From Tubulanus polymorphus (Eukaryota; Animalia; Nemertea): 64,000 nt of DNA. The stretch is taken from contig NC_134035.1 of NCBI RefSeq assembly GCF_964204645.1, forward strand, positions 1,736,001 through 1,800,000, given 5' to 3'. The position numbers were made by a program, and so were the translations under genes. Positions 14,335-28,109 of the stretch are shown one piece after another. The notes below the pieces were generated by a model that did no database searches, was not told the origin of the DNA, and saw only the letters and a program-made list of their open reading frames with translations. Position 1 is the first letter of the stretch; every line of letters starts with the position of its first letter.

Positions 14335-14420
14335 TGTCCTGCCTGAATAACATGGTTTCAGTAGGATTTAAAACCCGCAACCTCGCGATTGTGAGTCGAA
14401 CAACTTATCCATCGAGCCAC
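14335..14420 (-). mobile_element. tRNA-derived SINE head, decayed
   Basis: Minus strand GTGGCTCGATGGATAAG...GAGGTTGCGGGTTTTAAATCC (A/B boxes), followed by a CAGGCAGGACAC core. Confidence 0.55.
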
Positions 14421-15792
14421 AGAACAGGACTGTCTCTGGTTTTATGATAGAAGGAGGATGAATGCTATTGTTTTTGAGGTTATAGTTATTTTGTATTCGC
14501 TGCCAGTCTTGTCGTATAAAGCTGCTGTATTGCTATATATATATATTGAAATTTTGGCCGTAATCGTCGTCATTCGTATCGACTTTATTGGATCTCTCGA
14601 ACGGAACACGACACGCCGCAACCGAAGCTGAGTTCGGATCAATCATCTGTCAGTATCACAAATTTCTATTGATACAAGCTACTCGTGTACAGTACTTGAC
14701 TGATTTACTCGAAATGTAAGCGACATGTTCGGCGCGGCGCAACGATACGACAAGTAGCCATCGAAACCATCAGACACAATTTTGATCGGTCACTCAGTCC
14801 GCCGCCTACTGAGGCTCGAACAATAATTCTGACATGAATAAAAAGTTATGCAAAATTCAAACACAATGTAGCCACGATTGGACGAGTATTTTTTGCCCGA
14901 CCAAAAACGTTGGACCAGGCCTGAATCAAATTTTAGCACGGGTCCGCGTGAATTGCAACTGGTTCCGGAAATGATTCTCTTCGCTTTGTTTAAGCATTGT
15001 TTAGTAGCGAGTGAGTGGTTTACATGTGAAACACAAAGTGCAACTATTGTACTATGAAAATAGTGTTTGAGATTAAAATGACTTAGTTTTTTTTCACTTC
15101 CGAGACGCTGAATAAGATAGAAATAACTTTTGAGACTGAATGAGAGCTCATCGAGGCCTGATCCAGTCTTAACAAACCTATTGTACTAGGAAAATAGTTA
15201 GAGAATGAAATGACTTAGCTTGTTTTCGCACTTCTTGATAAAAATTACTTTTTAAGACAGAACACTGAAGCTCATTGGTAAACACACTTTCAAATCGATG
15301 TAGAATATACCCGATTACATGTAGCTCCTCTCTAAAGGTTGCTCGAACTCTTGTAACGGTTCTTATCTGGAAATGATTATTTGATGATAATCAAAGCTCT
15401 GTGAAGAGCCCGGAGGTGATGTAAGCAGATAAATGAAGAGAAAATGCTGGAAACATCATCAACGTTAGAATGAACTGAACGTTGCGTATAAACTGAAAAG
15501 AAGAGAATATATATTGAGGATTCATTGTTGATGAATGGGTTAATAACTTTCATCCAGATACATGTAATATTCAGTGATTCGTGTCGCCACATAAAACTCA
15601 GATTGATCTCGACAGAATGAGATGCAATATTATTGAATTTCGAGAAAATTATTGATTCAAATCAAAGAAGAAATCCAGCATATCGATATATCGTATCGTA
15701 TGTACACAATCGCCACCTGGTGTATCGTCGATCGCCGCAGTCGACTACCGAGTCGGCATTTAACGTTTGAATAAATTTCTTACAATGTTGAC

Positions 15793-16497
15793 CGATCAAT
15801 ACTGGCTGTAGTCGATCAATACTGGCTGTGGTCGATCAATACTGGCTGTAGTTGATCAATACTGACTGTGGTCGATCAATACTGGCTGTAGTCGATCAAT
15901 ACTGACTGTGGTCGATCAATACTGGCTGTAGTCGATCAATACTGGCTGTAGTCGATCAATACTGGCTGTAGTCGATCAATACTGGCTGTAGTCGATCAAT
16001 ACTGGCTGTGGTCGATCAATACTGGCTGTAGTCGATCAATACTGGCTGTAGTCGATCAATACTGGCTGTAGTCGATCAATACTGGCTGTAGTCGATCAAT
16101 ACTGGCTGTAGTCGATCAATACTGGCTGTAGTCGATCAATACTGGCTGTAGTCGATCAATACTGGCTGTAGTCGATCAATACTGGCTGTAGTCGATCAAT
16201 ACTGGCTGTAGTCGATCAATACTGGCTGTAGTCGATCAATACTGGCTGTAGTCGATCAATACTGGCTGTAGTCGATCAATACTGGCTGTAGTCGATCAAT
16301 ACTGGCTGTAGTCGATCAATACTGGCTGTGGTCGATCAATACTGGCTGTGGTCGATCAATACTGGCTGTGGTCGATCAATACTGGCTGTAGTCGATCAAT
16401 ACTGGCTGTAGTCGATCAATACTGGCTGTAGTAGATCAATACTGGCTGTAGTCGATCAATACTGGCTGTGGTCGATCAATACTGGCTGTAGTCGATC
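15793..16497. repeat. 20-bp minisatellite, ~35 copies
   Basis: unit gatcaatactggctgtagtc. Confidence 0.97.
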
Positions 16498-17118
16498 TGT
16501 TTTGATTTTTTATTGCATTAAACGAGATGACGACGACGACGTCTCTCTTGCGGAGTTCGTGCCTGATGAAATTAGTCTCCGGCGAGATTTGAATTTCAAC
16601 AGAATCTAATAATGAAGATGTCGAAGGTAATTCGACGCTAGACGCGTGTGTCAAAATCGTACAATTCTACTATCAACAATTCACGCATTGAACGACGACG
16701 CCTGATGTTGATTTCAATGAAAACCTGAGCGATCAAAATTTGATACGCTTAGTTTGTATCTATATATAACCAAACTCCCGACAGATTTATGAAAGAGATT
16801 TCCTGAAATAATCATCGTGTGAATGATGTTGATGAGACTTCAGAGCTATATTGGTTTGGTTGTATTTATGCATCTACGACTTGTTTTATGGTTGCATGAT
16901 GGCTGCCTGGTGGCCATTTTTAATCCAAAGAACTCCTCTCAGGTTTGTTCTCGTGTTCTAATGAAACTTCACAACAGAGTTGTTGTTTTGGGTATATTGT
17001 TGCATGTCTGTGGTATTTTGAAGATCTCGTCCAATGTGGGCTGAATTCCGCAATGCCTTGTTTTTGCAATATGGCAATAATGATAATGTAGGGTACATGT
17101 GGTCATTGTTCGCAATTA

Positions 17119-17803
17119 TGCTAGGTTCACACACACGATTTTTCGTCGAGGAATCGAGCAACTCACAGTCGAGGACAACTATTTTGAAGTGAGTCATGTG
17201 TGTGAACGAAAAAGTTGCTCGATTTTCCTCGACACAACTCTAGTCTCGACTAGTTGAGAGAAATAGAACATGTTCTATTTCTCTCAACTCAGTCGAGGAG
17301 TTGAGAGAAATCTAACCAATCAACATGCAGTATATTCGCGCGCATTTTAATAGTCTTCCTTTCTGGTAAGAGAGGGCAATATATTTCTACAATTTCTACA
17401 ATAAAAGAATAAACCTTTAAAATCTCATCAATCGCATGTCTATCAGATAATTGATATATGAGACTCATGAATTCTCTTTAAAATTTCTGGAGTCAGGCGG
17501 TACCAGGATCCCCTAACACCGGGCATGATATATCCATATGGATGCTGGATAGGCCAAAGTCGTTTTATCACAATTATCTTTTTGATTTCTGCTTAAATTG
17601 CAATTTCTTGTTCATCCTTCTATGCCTTCTATGCACTGCTGCATCTACGCCCAGCTGGAGTTGTGTGAATTAAGCTGTGTGTGTGAACACACATTTTGAC
17701 ACAACTTTGTTTATTTATCTAACCGGGTCAGAAGTTGAGAAATCGAGAAGTTGAGACAACTTCTCAATTTTCTCTTCAAAAAGTTGTGTGTGTGAACCCA
17801 GCA
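17119..17803. mobile_element. PIF/Harbinger-like non-autonomous DNA transposon (685 bp)
   Basis: ~25-bp TIRs TGCTAGGTTCACACACACGATTTT / AAAAGTTGTGTGTGTGAACCCAGCA flanked by a TTA direct repeat. Confidence 0.8.
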
Positions 17804-18889
17804 TTAGTAACGCCGTACCGCAGGTCACTGGTCGGTTAATTGCGAGATTTATTTTGTATTATATGAAGACCACCAGGTAACTTGATTTCATTTCGTCACT
17901 GAGCAATCAATGCTGATTCAGGGTCACTAATGAATTGGGTGCCTGTGCACTTCTTCAACTGTTGCTTCGTATCCTGATGAATTTGTTTTCCGCATCCTGA
18001 AAAATTGCGTTTGGCAGATGGTTCGTGTAATTAGGTTTATTTATTCGGCTTTCCCGTGCATCATCGAATAAGCGAAAGGTGCTCTGAAATCATTAGACTG
18101 GTCTTAAGTTGTTAGATTGGCTAAAGAACCAAATTAGGCTTAATACTGGTACTAAGTTGTGAGATTGACTAAAGAACCAAAAATGAGCTTAGACGGTCTT
18201 ACGTGAATCGGGCTTAAGTTGTTAGATTGGCTAAAAAACCAAATTAGGCTTAATACTGGTCTTAAGTTGTTAGATTGACTTAATAACCAAAAATGAGCTT
18301 AGACGGTCTTACGTTAATTGGGCTTAAGTTGTTAGATTAGCTATAGAACCAAAATGGGTCTACGCCGGTCTTAAGTTGTTAGATTGGCTCAAGAACGTGG
18401 TCTTAGACTCTACAATCCTTGACCGTGCAACTGGACTCAATCTACAATGGTTGGTTTGACATTTTGTCTAATTGGACATGGGCCTAATTTGACTCGGGCC
18501 AATGACGCTCACTCGATCGTGGTTATTGCCGTATGTTTTTTTTTCAAACATGAAATTCTACTATGCGCGTGCGTACTGAATGAACTTCTGCGATCCAACT
18601 GCGCATATCAGAAAAACCAATATCGCGATGAGATGATGAAATATCAGCAGCGTTGTCGATGCTGCAGTCAGCCGTCGCCGCGTTATGACAGATTTCTGCT
18701 GAGATTACGCTTATATTGTTGCATTAATCCATTACGCAAATAATTTCGGCTTACCGCAATCCCCGCATAATGCCGACCGTGATAAACTATATCTCACCAA
18801 ACTGCGCTATGGTAAAACTGCGAGTGCAGGTCATTGAAGCGCCATTCTTCTGAACCATGACTGGCGAAACTTTATAGTAAATTGAATCT

Positions 18890-19270
18890 TAAGTTTGACT
18901 TTCAAGATGTGACCGGTTTTACTTCTATCTGACTCCACCCAGTGCTGGTCTCAACTCATAAGTTTGACGGTTAAGATGTGACTGGTTTTACTTTTATCTG
19001 ACTCCACCCAGTGCTGGTCTCAACTCATAAGTTTGACTGTTAAGATGTCACTGGTTTTACTTCTATCTGACTCCACCCAGTGCTGGTCTCAACTCATAAG
19101 TTTGACTGTTAAGATGTGACTGGTTTTAGTTCTGTCTCACTCCACCCAGTGCTGGTCTCAACTCATAAGTTTGACTGTTAAGATGTGACTGGTTTTAGTT
19201 CTGTCTCACTCTACCCAGTGCTGGTCTCAACTCATAAGTTTGACTCTCAGGATGTGACTGGTTTTAGTTG
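18890..19270. repeat. 69-bp tandem repeat, ~5.5 copies
   Basis: agtttgac recurs at 18961, 19030 and 19099. Confidence 0.92.
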
Positions 19271-20093
19271 AAGATTTTCATGTGACCAAACTGAACCAGT
19301 TCACTTTACTTCATCTAAACTTGTTGGTGACCAAAAAGTCACATTGTTCATAAATAGATTTAGAGAAATTCCCATTCGCATTTGACACTAGACCTTCAGG
19401 CCCATAGCACGAGAAATATGTGGTGGATTTATTGTTTCATTTATTGGAATGGGGCGGACGTTTCCCAGAGAAATCTTGAATATTTGATGCTCAAACATGG
19501 TCTCTGAGCGATTCCCATTGATATAACGAAGGACTAAATAGATAAAGAAATTTGATATGTATTATATTGGGTTGTAATAGTTGTAAATGTAATATGTTTC
19601 AGCATCTTGTAAGATTTAAGATAAGTGGAACTAAAACCTTATACCAAACGGGACCCCAAATGCTACGGCCTGACCTTTGATATCGCGCTGTCGTGACATT
19701 GATAATCGATGTGTTTGAACGGCTTACTCGATCGAGATTCTGTGGGTTCCCTATCGAATTGACATCGTGATTATTAGTTGTATGCAGGCTGTGTTTCGAG
19801 GTGACCATTAGGTCATACATCTGTCTCACTGCCCACAGTCGACCGAAATCATTCCGTATCCAATTATCTGTATCATCCCGTTCGCTCCGACGGTATTGAC
19901 TCGGGATATTATATGTAACTTACATATAGACGTCATTAGCGCTTACTACTGACACTATCTCGGCGATCGCCGTTGATGAAACGTTCTGCGTCGAAAAAAG
20001 AATTAGCACCGGGCTCTTTTTACGCGATCTACAGATGGCCGTCTTTTCCTGTTTGAGAAAAAACAGTACGTTGTATCTCCTCGATTTGCGTAT

Positions 20094-20538
20094 GTCTGTA
20101 TTATTGCGTAGTCGCATCTCCAGCGTCTGTATTATTGCGTAGTCGCATCTCCAGCGTCTGTATTATTGCGTAGTCGCATCTCCAGCGTCTGTATTATCGC
20201 GTAGTCGCATCTCCAGCGTCTGTATTATCGCGTAGTCGCATCTCCAGCGTCTGTATTATCGCGTAGTCGCATCTCCAGCGTCTGTATTATTGCGTAGTCG
20301 CATCTCCAGCGTCTGTATTATTGCGTAGTCGCATCTCCAGCGTCTGTATTATTGCGTAGTCGCATCTCCAGCGTCTGTATTATTGCGTAGTCGCATCTCC
20401 AGCGTCTGTATTATTGCGTAGTCGCATCTCCAGCGTCTGTATTATTGCGTAGTCGCATCTCCAGCGTCTGTATTATTGCGTAGTCGCATCTCCAGCGTCT
20501 GTATTATTGCGTAGTCGCATCTCCGCTGTATTATTGCT
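20094..20538. repeat. 31-bp minisatellite, ~14 copies
   Basis: unit gtctgtattattgcgtagtcgcatctccagc. Confidence 0.95.
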
Positions 20539-21014
20539 TGTCTACGGCAGCCCGATTCGAGACATTCCGGGATATAACCAATCCGATGTGATGAGAGATT
20601 CGTGCCGTGATTTTTTGAGCCGGCTCTCGACGCCAGATCCCATAATCCCCGTAAACAGAGTCCCTCGAGTAGATCGCTGGTTGCCAGTTATAGTGAAGAC
20701 TGGATTTGTACGATCTTCACTACATCCAAGCGTTCCAGGGCCCCGGATCCAGGGTGTGCGTAGACGGTATTTTTCCTAGTTACAGGGGAAATATGTCTTG
20801 AAAAGGGCACCATTTGACAAGTTGTATGATGAATGATGGAGTCTAAAATCCATTGCTTAAGATGCCCTATGACTTAAGGTTATATGCATGGGAGCTGACA
20901 ATGGCAGAAAAGAGGCTCGAGGTGCAGCATTAAGGCTTTCAACATTGATGATATGTCGATTGAGTTTAAAATACTTGTGACGTCGCTTTACATTTTTTGA
21001 GGGTACTTCCAAAA

Positions 21015-21525
21015 TAACCTCAGCATCCATGGCATTGCCAGTATCTGAGTAACTTCAGCATCCATGGCATTGCCGATATCTGAGTGACTTCAGCATCCAT
21101 GGCATTGCCGATATCTGAGTAACTTCAGCATCCATGGCATTGCCAATATCTGAGTAACTTCAGCATCCATGGCATTGCCGATATCTGAGTAACTTCAGCA
21201 TTAATGGCATGTCCGATATCTGAGTAACTTTAGCACTAATGGCATTGCCAATATCTGAGTAACTTTAGCACTAATGGCATTGCCAATATCTGAGTAACTT
21301 CAGCATCCATGGCATGTCCGATATCTGAGTAACTTTAGCATTAATGGCATTGCCGATATCTGAGTAACTTTAGCACTAATGGCATTGCCGATATCTGAGT
21401 AACTTTAGCACTAATGGCATTGCCGATATCTGAGTAACTTTTGCACTAATGGCATTGCCGATATCTGAGTAACTTCAGCATTAATGGCATGTCCGATATC
21501 TGAGTAACTTCAGCATCCATGGCAC
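21015..21525. repeat. 35-bp minisatellite, ~14 copies
   Basis: unit cagcatccatggcattgccgatatctgagtaactt. Confidence 0.95.
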
Positions 21526-22939
21526 AGTCCCACTTAAGTTTCCTCGTGGAAGATGAACCGATTTCACACGATATAGTTATTTCAAACTCATAAAATGTGG
21601 AACTAGATCTAGGTGTGTAAAGCTGAGTATTACCTATTGTTGCTCGCTTTATAGCTTTTCGATTTTATACGCAGCATTAAAAAAAGCGAACGTTCAATAA
21701 ATGAAACTTGTTGCGAAGACGACGATGTAATAAAATACAGCTGTTTCCGTCGTTTCATATTTCAAGCAGGTGACACGCCTCGAACGCAATTAGTTCTCTT
21801 TCTGACGAGTTTCTACTTTTTTTCCGTTAGGCTGAAGTTTTTTTCCTCGCGTAATTTGCTCTGCTGAATAGCTAATGAATACTGGGACCAGTTGGTGCGC
21901 GTGATAACTCGCGTCCGAGATTGGTTCTTAAATCATAATACACTGCTAAAGCTAGTTGCATAGACGAGACGTCGGAGCCTGTCTAAACTCATTTTGATTA
22001 TATCGCCAATCTAACAATATACGTCCAGTCTAAGCTCATTGTGATTCCATAGCGAATCTAACAACTTAAGATCAGTCTGAGATCATTTTGGTTCTATAGC
22101 CAATCTAACAACTTACGATAGATCTTGAATTTTTTAAGGTATTTTTGTTTTTAATTCATTAACTGCGCTACACAAATTGGTGACCGTTATACAGAATTTT
22201 TACAGAATATTTAAACCTCAAGATTAGTCTAAGTTTTGAATGGTCTCAAGTTTAAGCCATGACCGGAATGGGCCCCAGGTAATTTAAGCCTACGCTGAAG
22301 AGCTAACATGTGAGGTTTCTGTTGAATGTCGAATTCTGTGTCTCTCAATGACAAAAGTATTTTTAAGCATCAGAATGTACAGAGAAAGTAAGGTATATGT
22401 ATATACAGTTGTGCGTGCGTGCCATTCAGATAATGAAGTTAATATTTGCGTTGTTGCAACGTTGTGTACATTGAATGACCTACTGTCGTATACAGGTTGA
22501 CACACGGCTGACGTACGCTCATTCGTAGTCGGTGCTCGCTCCACGTTTCGTCCGTCCTCCTCCTGATGATCGCGTCAAGTTTACGGATAAAAACGTCGAT
22601 CAACTTGTCCCTTAAGAAATCGAACTCGTACATTTGTAATTCTAAGTCGAAGTATAGTGTCTATAGGGAATTACTCGTCCAATTTGTAGCTGTCCATTCG
22701 TCCTATTCCCAGCTGTATTCGCTCCTCATAGTAAGACACAACATGTATTATACAGGTTCCACAATTACTATACGCCTTATGAGGCATTGTTTCGGAGAAA
22801 TCTGATGATGAAACCATTTTTACAGTTGCTGGCCAGTCTTTAGCTATCGATTCACTTGTGTACCTCTAGCTTAAGCTTATTCGTCTGGATAAACTTAAAG
22901 ACAAATAGTACTTTGTAGGTTAACTCGATTTCATTGAAA

Positions 22940-22982
22940 GTACAAGCTTTCGCCACTAGTACATCGTAGCTTCATCAGGTAC
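22940..22982 (-). ncRNA. Minimal type I hammerhead ribozyme motif (Penelope-associated type)
   Basis: Minus strand reads GUAC-CUGAUGA-A-GCUAC-gauguacua-GUGGC-GAAA-GC-UU-GUAC: intact core, 5-bp stem II, stem I GUAC/GUAC (extendable by two G-U pairs), and a loop-less palindromic stem III (AAGCUU). Confidence 0.65.
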
Positions 22983-23270
22983 CCACTTAGCTTCATCATT
23001 ACCCACTTAGCTGATGAAGCTACTATGCACTACAAGCGGAAGTTCAAACTTGCAACAAAATCTAGTTAACCTACTAAGTACTATTTGTCCTCACTGATTC
23101 AATAAAATAGGATGGAATATGTTTAATTGATTGACATAAATACGGTCGACTAAGAGCACAAAAACAAAACCAAGATTACGGGAATTAGACGAGTTAATGC
23201 AGATTACATTAGCAGGAACATCAAGTTTACACTGCTCCACAATTCTTTATTCTTGTAGTCAAGAAAACGG

Positions 23271-23320
23271 TATCCCTGAAGATGACTATTAGGATATACA
23301 TGTAGTTGAAACGTTGAATA
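23271..23320 (+). ncRNA. Minimal hammerhead ribozyme motif (CUGAAGA core)
   Basis: UAUCC-CUGAAGA-U-GACUAU...GUAGUU-GAAA-CG-UU-GAAUA; palindromic AACGUU stem III; a decayed tandem copy lies at 23344-23385. Confidence 0.55.
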
Positions 23321-26300
23321 AACCACTAACTCAAGTAATCCAGTATCCCTGAAGATGACTTTGAGGATATAGTCGAAATTTTGAACTGATATTTGCTCAA
23401 GGAAACGTTTCAGAGTCTATTTTTCATTCTTATTTGTGGGATGATGTTATATTTTCTATCTACTCGACAGGGTAATTCATCAATTGTTTTATAATGGATT
23501 TGTTTTCGTAGTTGTTCCAGTCATTGATTGCGTCATTTGTTAAACACACTCGACGACGACGACGATGATGAATCTATGCAGCTGTTGCATAGTTAATAAC
23601 GCGGACAATCCGCGAACAAATGACGAATTGAAATTCTATTCTGGCTTGTGTCGTTCGTTCGGGATGAAAACCTGACGACTCGGATATCGAATGACAAATG
23701 TACGTCTATTACCCACCAGTACATTGGGTGTGACCGTGAATTATTAATCAGTTGTATATTTATTTCCAATCAGACGGCTAATATCGGTTTTATGTTCGTG
23801 TAATTGCGGTCATTATTGACTCTGAACGTTTGACTTGATGCGGTTGTTAATATAAACATATACATAACCTATTATTTATATTTGTATTGTTGTTATTGTA
23901 AAGGTGTGGTTGATCTTGGTTTAAATTTTCAATTTATCTCCAGCACATTAGGGTATTGATTATTCAACAATTGAAGAGTTTTAAAAAGTGACCAACCAAA
24001 CAGGACTAAGTACCCTAGAAACATGGTGGCTTGCAACTGTGGAATAGTTGATCATCAAGTTTCTTCGAAAAAAGTCCCTCACTACGATCGGACTTGCTAA
24101 ATCATCACCTCACCTGTACATTGTAAACAGACGTAATTTGCGATTCAGTCATCGCTGATGGGAATAAATTGTTTGAGAACGAAAATTATTAATCTCGCTT
24201 TGTTGTCTTATCGAGCAGGTTTGTTGGCGGCGGCGACGTTCATCGCTATTCATGGAGGACAGAAACGCTTCATAAAACATGTATTCAATTAAGACTCATC
24301 TGTGATGGCGCCTCCGCTGCTGCTATGCATAAGTTAAAGGTAGTCGCACCGGCCACCCATCCACCCACCCACCTACATTAGCAACAAAACAACTCTTCCT
24401 CTGAGGTTAATCAGAATATTAATTTGCTGTGAAATCTGGATTCAGAATTGAAATTCCCTCCAGTTTCCAGTTTTTTCTCGACTCCATGGTCCACCTTTGA
24501 ATATACTAATATTCTGACATAAATGAATAGTCCAAATGTGTGTTATATAATGGGGCATACTTCTTTATTGCATCTACACTGCAGTGCGGTGTATCGTAAA
24601 TGTCTAATATTTCTCCATGTTTGACAGATGCTGATATCTTTCAACTGAAATAAAAACGAGTTTCTTATTTCATTGATACACTGCGATACGGCGTACTAAT
24701 TAACTCCCTCACTGATTTGTACACTGCCATTCGGTGTAGAAGCATTGAAAGTGTTAATACTGGAAGTCGACTTGTGCGAGAAACCAGAGACCGATAAAAA
24801 GTGACATTCAGGTGTCGTCTGCCAGCAATTCTAACAGTCAAATTGTTCCGTGTTTTTTGTCGTTCGTCGACGAAAGCGTTCCTTCGCAATCAGGGGGTCG
24901 AGGTGAAGGTCATGCGCTCCATTGGTTATTAACGGTTTTTTTTCTACCGTTCGCGGCCGCTGCCTCGGAAGCGATTATCCATCGTCGTCAACGGCAACTA
25001 GAAAATGACGACTGTCAGAAGTCGTAGGACCGATCGAATGTCGTCGTTGATGAGGTTGTAAACTGATTGTAAAATTGATTTCTATCACCGCGTTGGTTTA
25101 TACCAGGACGACGCGCATTATTGTAAATAATTGGATATTTTTACCGCTTTGTCAATAGTAAATAGACAGAACGACGCGATTCAGATTAATTTCTATGGGC
25201 GGATCCAGTCAGGCCTATCCTTGGAATTTTTACCTCTCATATTTTGTCTATGGCACTTACCTATAGGATTTTTCTTAGGGCATTATTACGGCGTACCCTT
25301 GTGGACCTTATACGAATCTGTGAAAATTCATTTATACCCCGTTAGATCGATAAAAAAATAGATAGTTTGTAGGTTTTGTCTTCATGGATTTGTATGTGCT
25401 TGTTTTCTATTGTCACTGTCATCAATTTTGGAGCAATACGGCATTCAAGATAAAAATATCAATTCGAAAGGTTACGCAAATGTCAATGTCATTTTATGCC
25501 GTATTGAAGGGTAAGTATCCCTGATTAGGGACAAGTCTGTAAGTAATCGGTTCTATTTCCAGTCCTTCCCTCGAGTCCGAACCGTGATTTTCTGTTAGTA
25601 AATGCGTATGTATTCGGTATCAACTTGTCAGATTGTGATCGATAAAGTAGATATTAGATGTGTATTTTCACTGACTGACTGTGTACGGATAGCTGTAGGG
25701 TGACAACACAACCTGCAGCTGTTTATCTGATAATTTATCAAATAACTTTGTGTACTACTGTACAGAACAGGAGAACGACTTTCTTTTAACTCCCATATCC
25801 AGGTACAACATTGTGGATTTGCTGTGCTTACAAGAAAATTCCAAGTAATGACCATGGCAATCGAACACAAAAGTACCACTGTCGCAGTCAATAGAGCTTA
25901 TGAGGCCAGATGCCAGTCCTAGACCTCTTTATAATTACAATAAATCCATAGCCAAACCTTAACCCTCTAGATCCTAAACCCAAACCTTAACTACATGTGC
26001 TAGGTGTGAGGGTCTTAAAATGAGGGTCTTTTTTTCAGGGGGAGGGCAAATTTATTAGAAAAAATTGCATTCAGGCAGTACTGTATTGACAAGAAAGGCC
26101 CTTTTTTAGGCATTTTCAACAAAAGTGTGACTTTTATAGATAGATTGTGACTTTGTTTTATAGAATATTCCGGTGCTTCTTATGATATGAAGGGCAGATG
26201 GATTAAAGTGTTTTGGGTCTTACAACACTCATAAAACCCCGTGAATCCTACCGATCAATCACTGGCTCGCTTTCTATCCCTGAAACAAGTGTTAGTTATC

Positions 26301-28109
26301 AACAAGTTGATGTTGACTAGTGACACTTATTGCCCTCTCCCACATATCATCCTTTACCCGTTTCCGTCGTGGAGCTGCCACTCGCCTTCATTTTCCCACC
26401 CTCGCTCTCCGCTACACCCCTCCCTCGCTGCACCACCCCTCCTTCGCCGCACCACCCCTCCCTCGCCGCACCACCCCGTGTAAAAACCCATCTCACCGCC
26501 ACACTCTCAATCCTCATCATTTCTGAAAGCTATCGTGAAAATTTCCCGTCGGGAGATTGATTGATTATTGTAAATTTCCGGCTAGACAATTGCATTTATG
26601 TCGAGAAATATTTCTAGACATAACGAATGCACCATGACTACTGTCTGTAGATCAGCGCGTAATCGCACGACAAACATTGTTTTGAAAATATTTCGACTCA
26701 AACATTGTTTCACAGCAACAGTTAGGCCGCTGTTAGACACATACATCATATGAGTGGTCATTCACCTGACCTGGGAGAGTTGGGGAATTCTTTTTTCTTT
26801 TTTATAAAATCTAAAAATCAGTGAAAAAAGTCAATAAACCGGCTCTAGGGGATTCGTGAGTGGGCGGAAAGTGGCGCCACCCGGTTCAAACTCAATTTAA
26901 AAAAGTGAAATTTGATTTATTTGAAGACATAATTTTTGACATTAATTCACATCGCCGATAGACGAAACGAGCAGTTATACGCTATCTCACATTTACGGAT
27001 AGGTGTCGATATGGCTTCGTTACTTCTGAACGTCTCGCAGTTGTTTGGGTTTAATAGTTCACTTCTTCGCCGGTTCTAGATTTCGAAGTCGAAAATTAGT
27101 CTCATTAAGTCGTCTCCGATTTTGATTTCTTTGACAGTTTTTAGAGTTTTTTTTTTTCGTGCATAACTTGTTGAAACCGGCGTGAACTTAACGTCGAAAA
27201 CACAAAATCTGTTTATCGTTTCGACATTTTTTTCGCCATATAGGCATCATTTACCTAGGGGTGCTAAAGTATATTTTTCAGGATATGCCCAAAAATTTGC
27301 CCGTGTATCCATCGCAGCGAGGACACAACAGATTATTCACTCCGGAGAGATCCACTCGCTGGCCCCGAACTCTGGTTACATTGTCGAGCGATCAGATTTT
27401 GTAAACCAATAGGATGCATTGTTGATATCAGGGGTATAGCCGGGCGTACAACGTCGAAATATCGATATTGATTGGAAGTATTACACTCGTGTACCTCTAG
27501 ACTTAGCCTGTCGCACACGACACAGACGACAGGTAACAGGAGGCAGACGCATTTTTTTTTAAACGTTTTCCTTTGTCTTGTGCTTTAACGAGAAACATGT
27601 TTCCGAGATATGAAGATATTTGATTCTGTGTTTCTCATGCGTCTTATGCGTTGTATAAGTCATTAATATGTTACTAGTCTAATGGCGGAATTTGTTTATT
27701 TCGATCTGATGAATGAATTGTCTCGCGAGTGTAGTTCCAGCGTGAACGTGGTCAGCATGTTTTAGTTTGAGCTGTTTTCTTATAATGGAGGATGTGTGTA
27801 GTTTAATGCGATATATTTATCGCTCATCCATTTCCTCTGACGCTTTAAAATACGCGTTAACTAGATGTTCTACTGGTTGTGAGTTGAGAGTTTCACGCGT
27901 TACAGAGTTCAGTCACGTTGCTGCTGCTCCCCTTGACAAAATATTACCTTACATCGTCGTTAAAACTTTAACTCTTTCCGCGAACTGGCTATGTATCAAC
28001 ATATAGAATTCATACTTAGAAGCTACTGCGGCAATAGAGGATTCCACTTGTGACGAGCAAGGATCAGCCTGGTTCAGCTAGTAGATATTCCGGAATGAAG
28101 TACTTTTAA

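Noticed and set aside
15793-16497. Highly regular 20-bp array (also the 31-, 35- and 50-bp arrays) as a possible CRISPR array
   Set aside because: Units abut directly with no unique spacers, there are no cas genes, and the context is eukaryotic. These are minisatellites.
25384-25510. Possible alternative first PLCL exon (ATG...SMSFYAVLK g|gtaagt, phase-1 donor compatible with exon 49494)
   Set aside because: The donor is strong and the phase correct, but there is no homology or other support; such a match is expected by chance in 49 kb.
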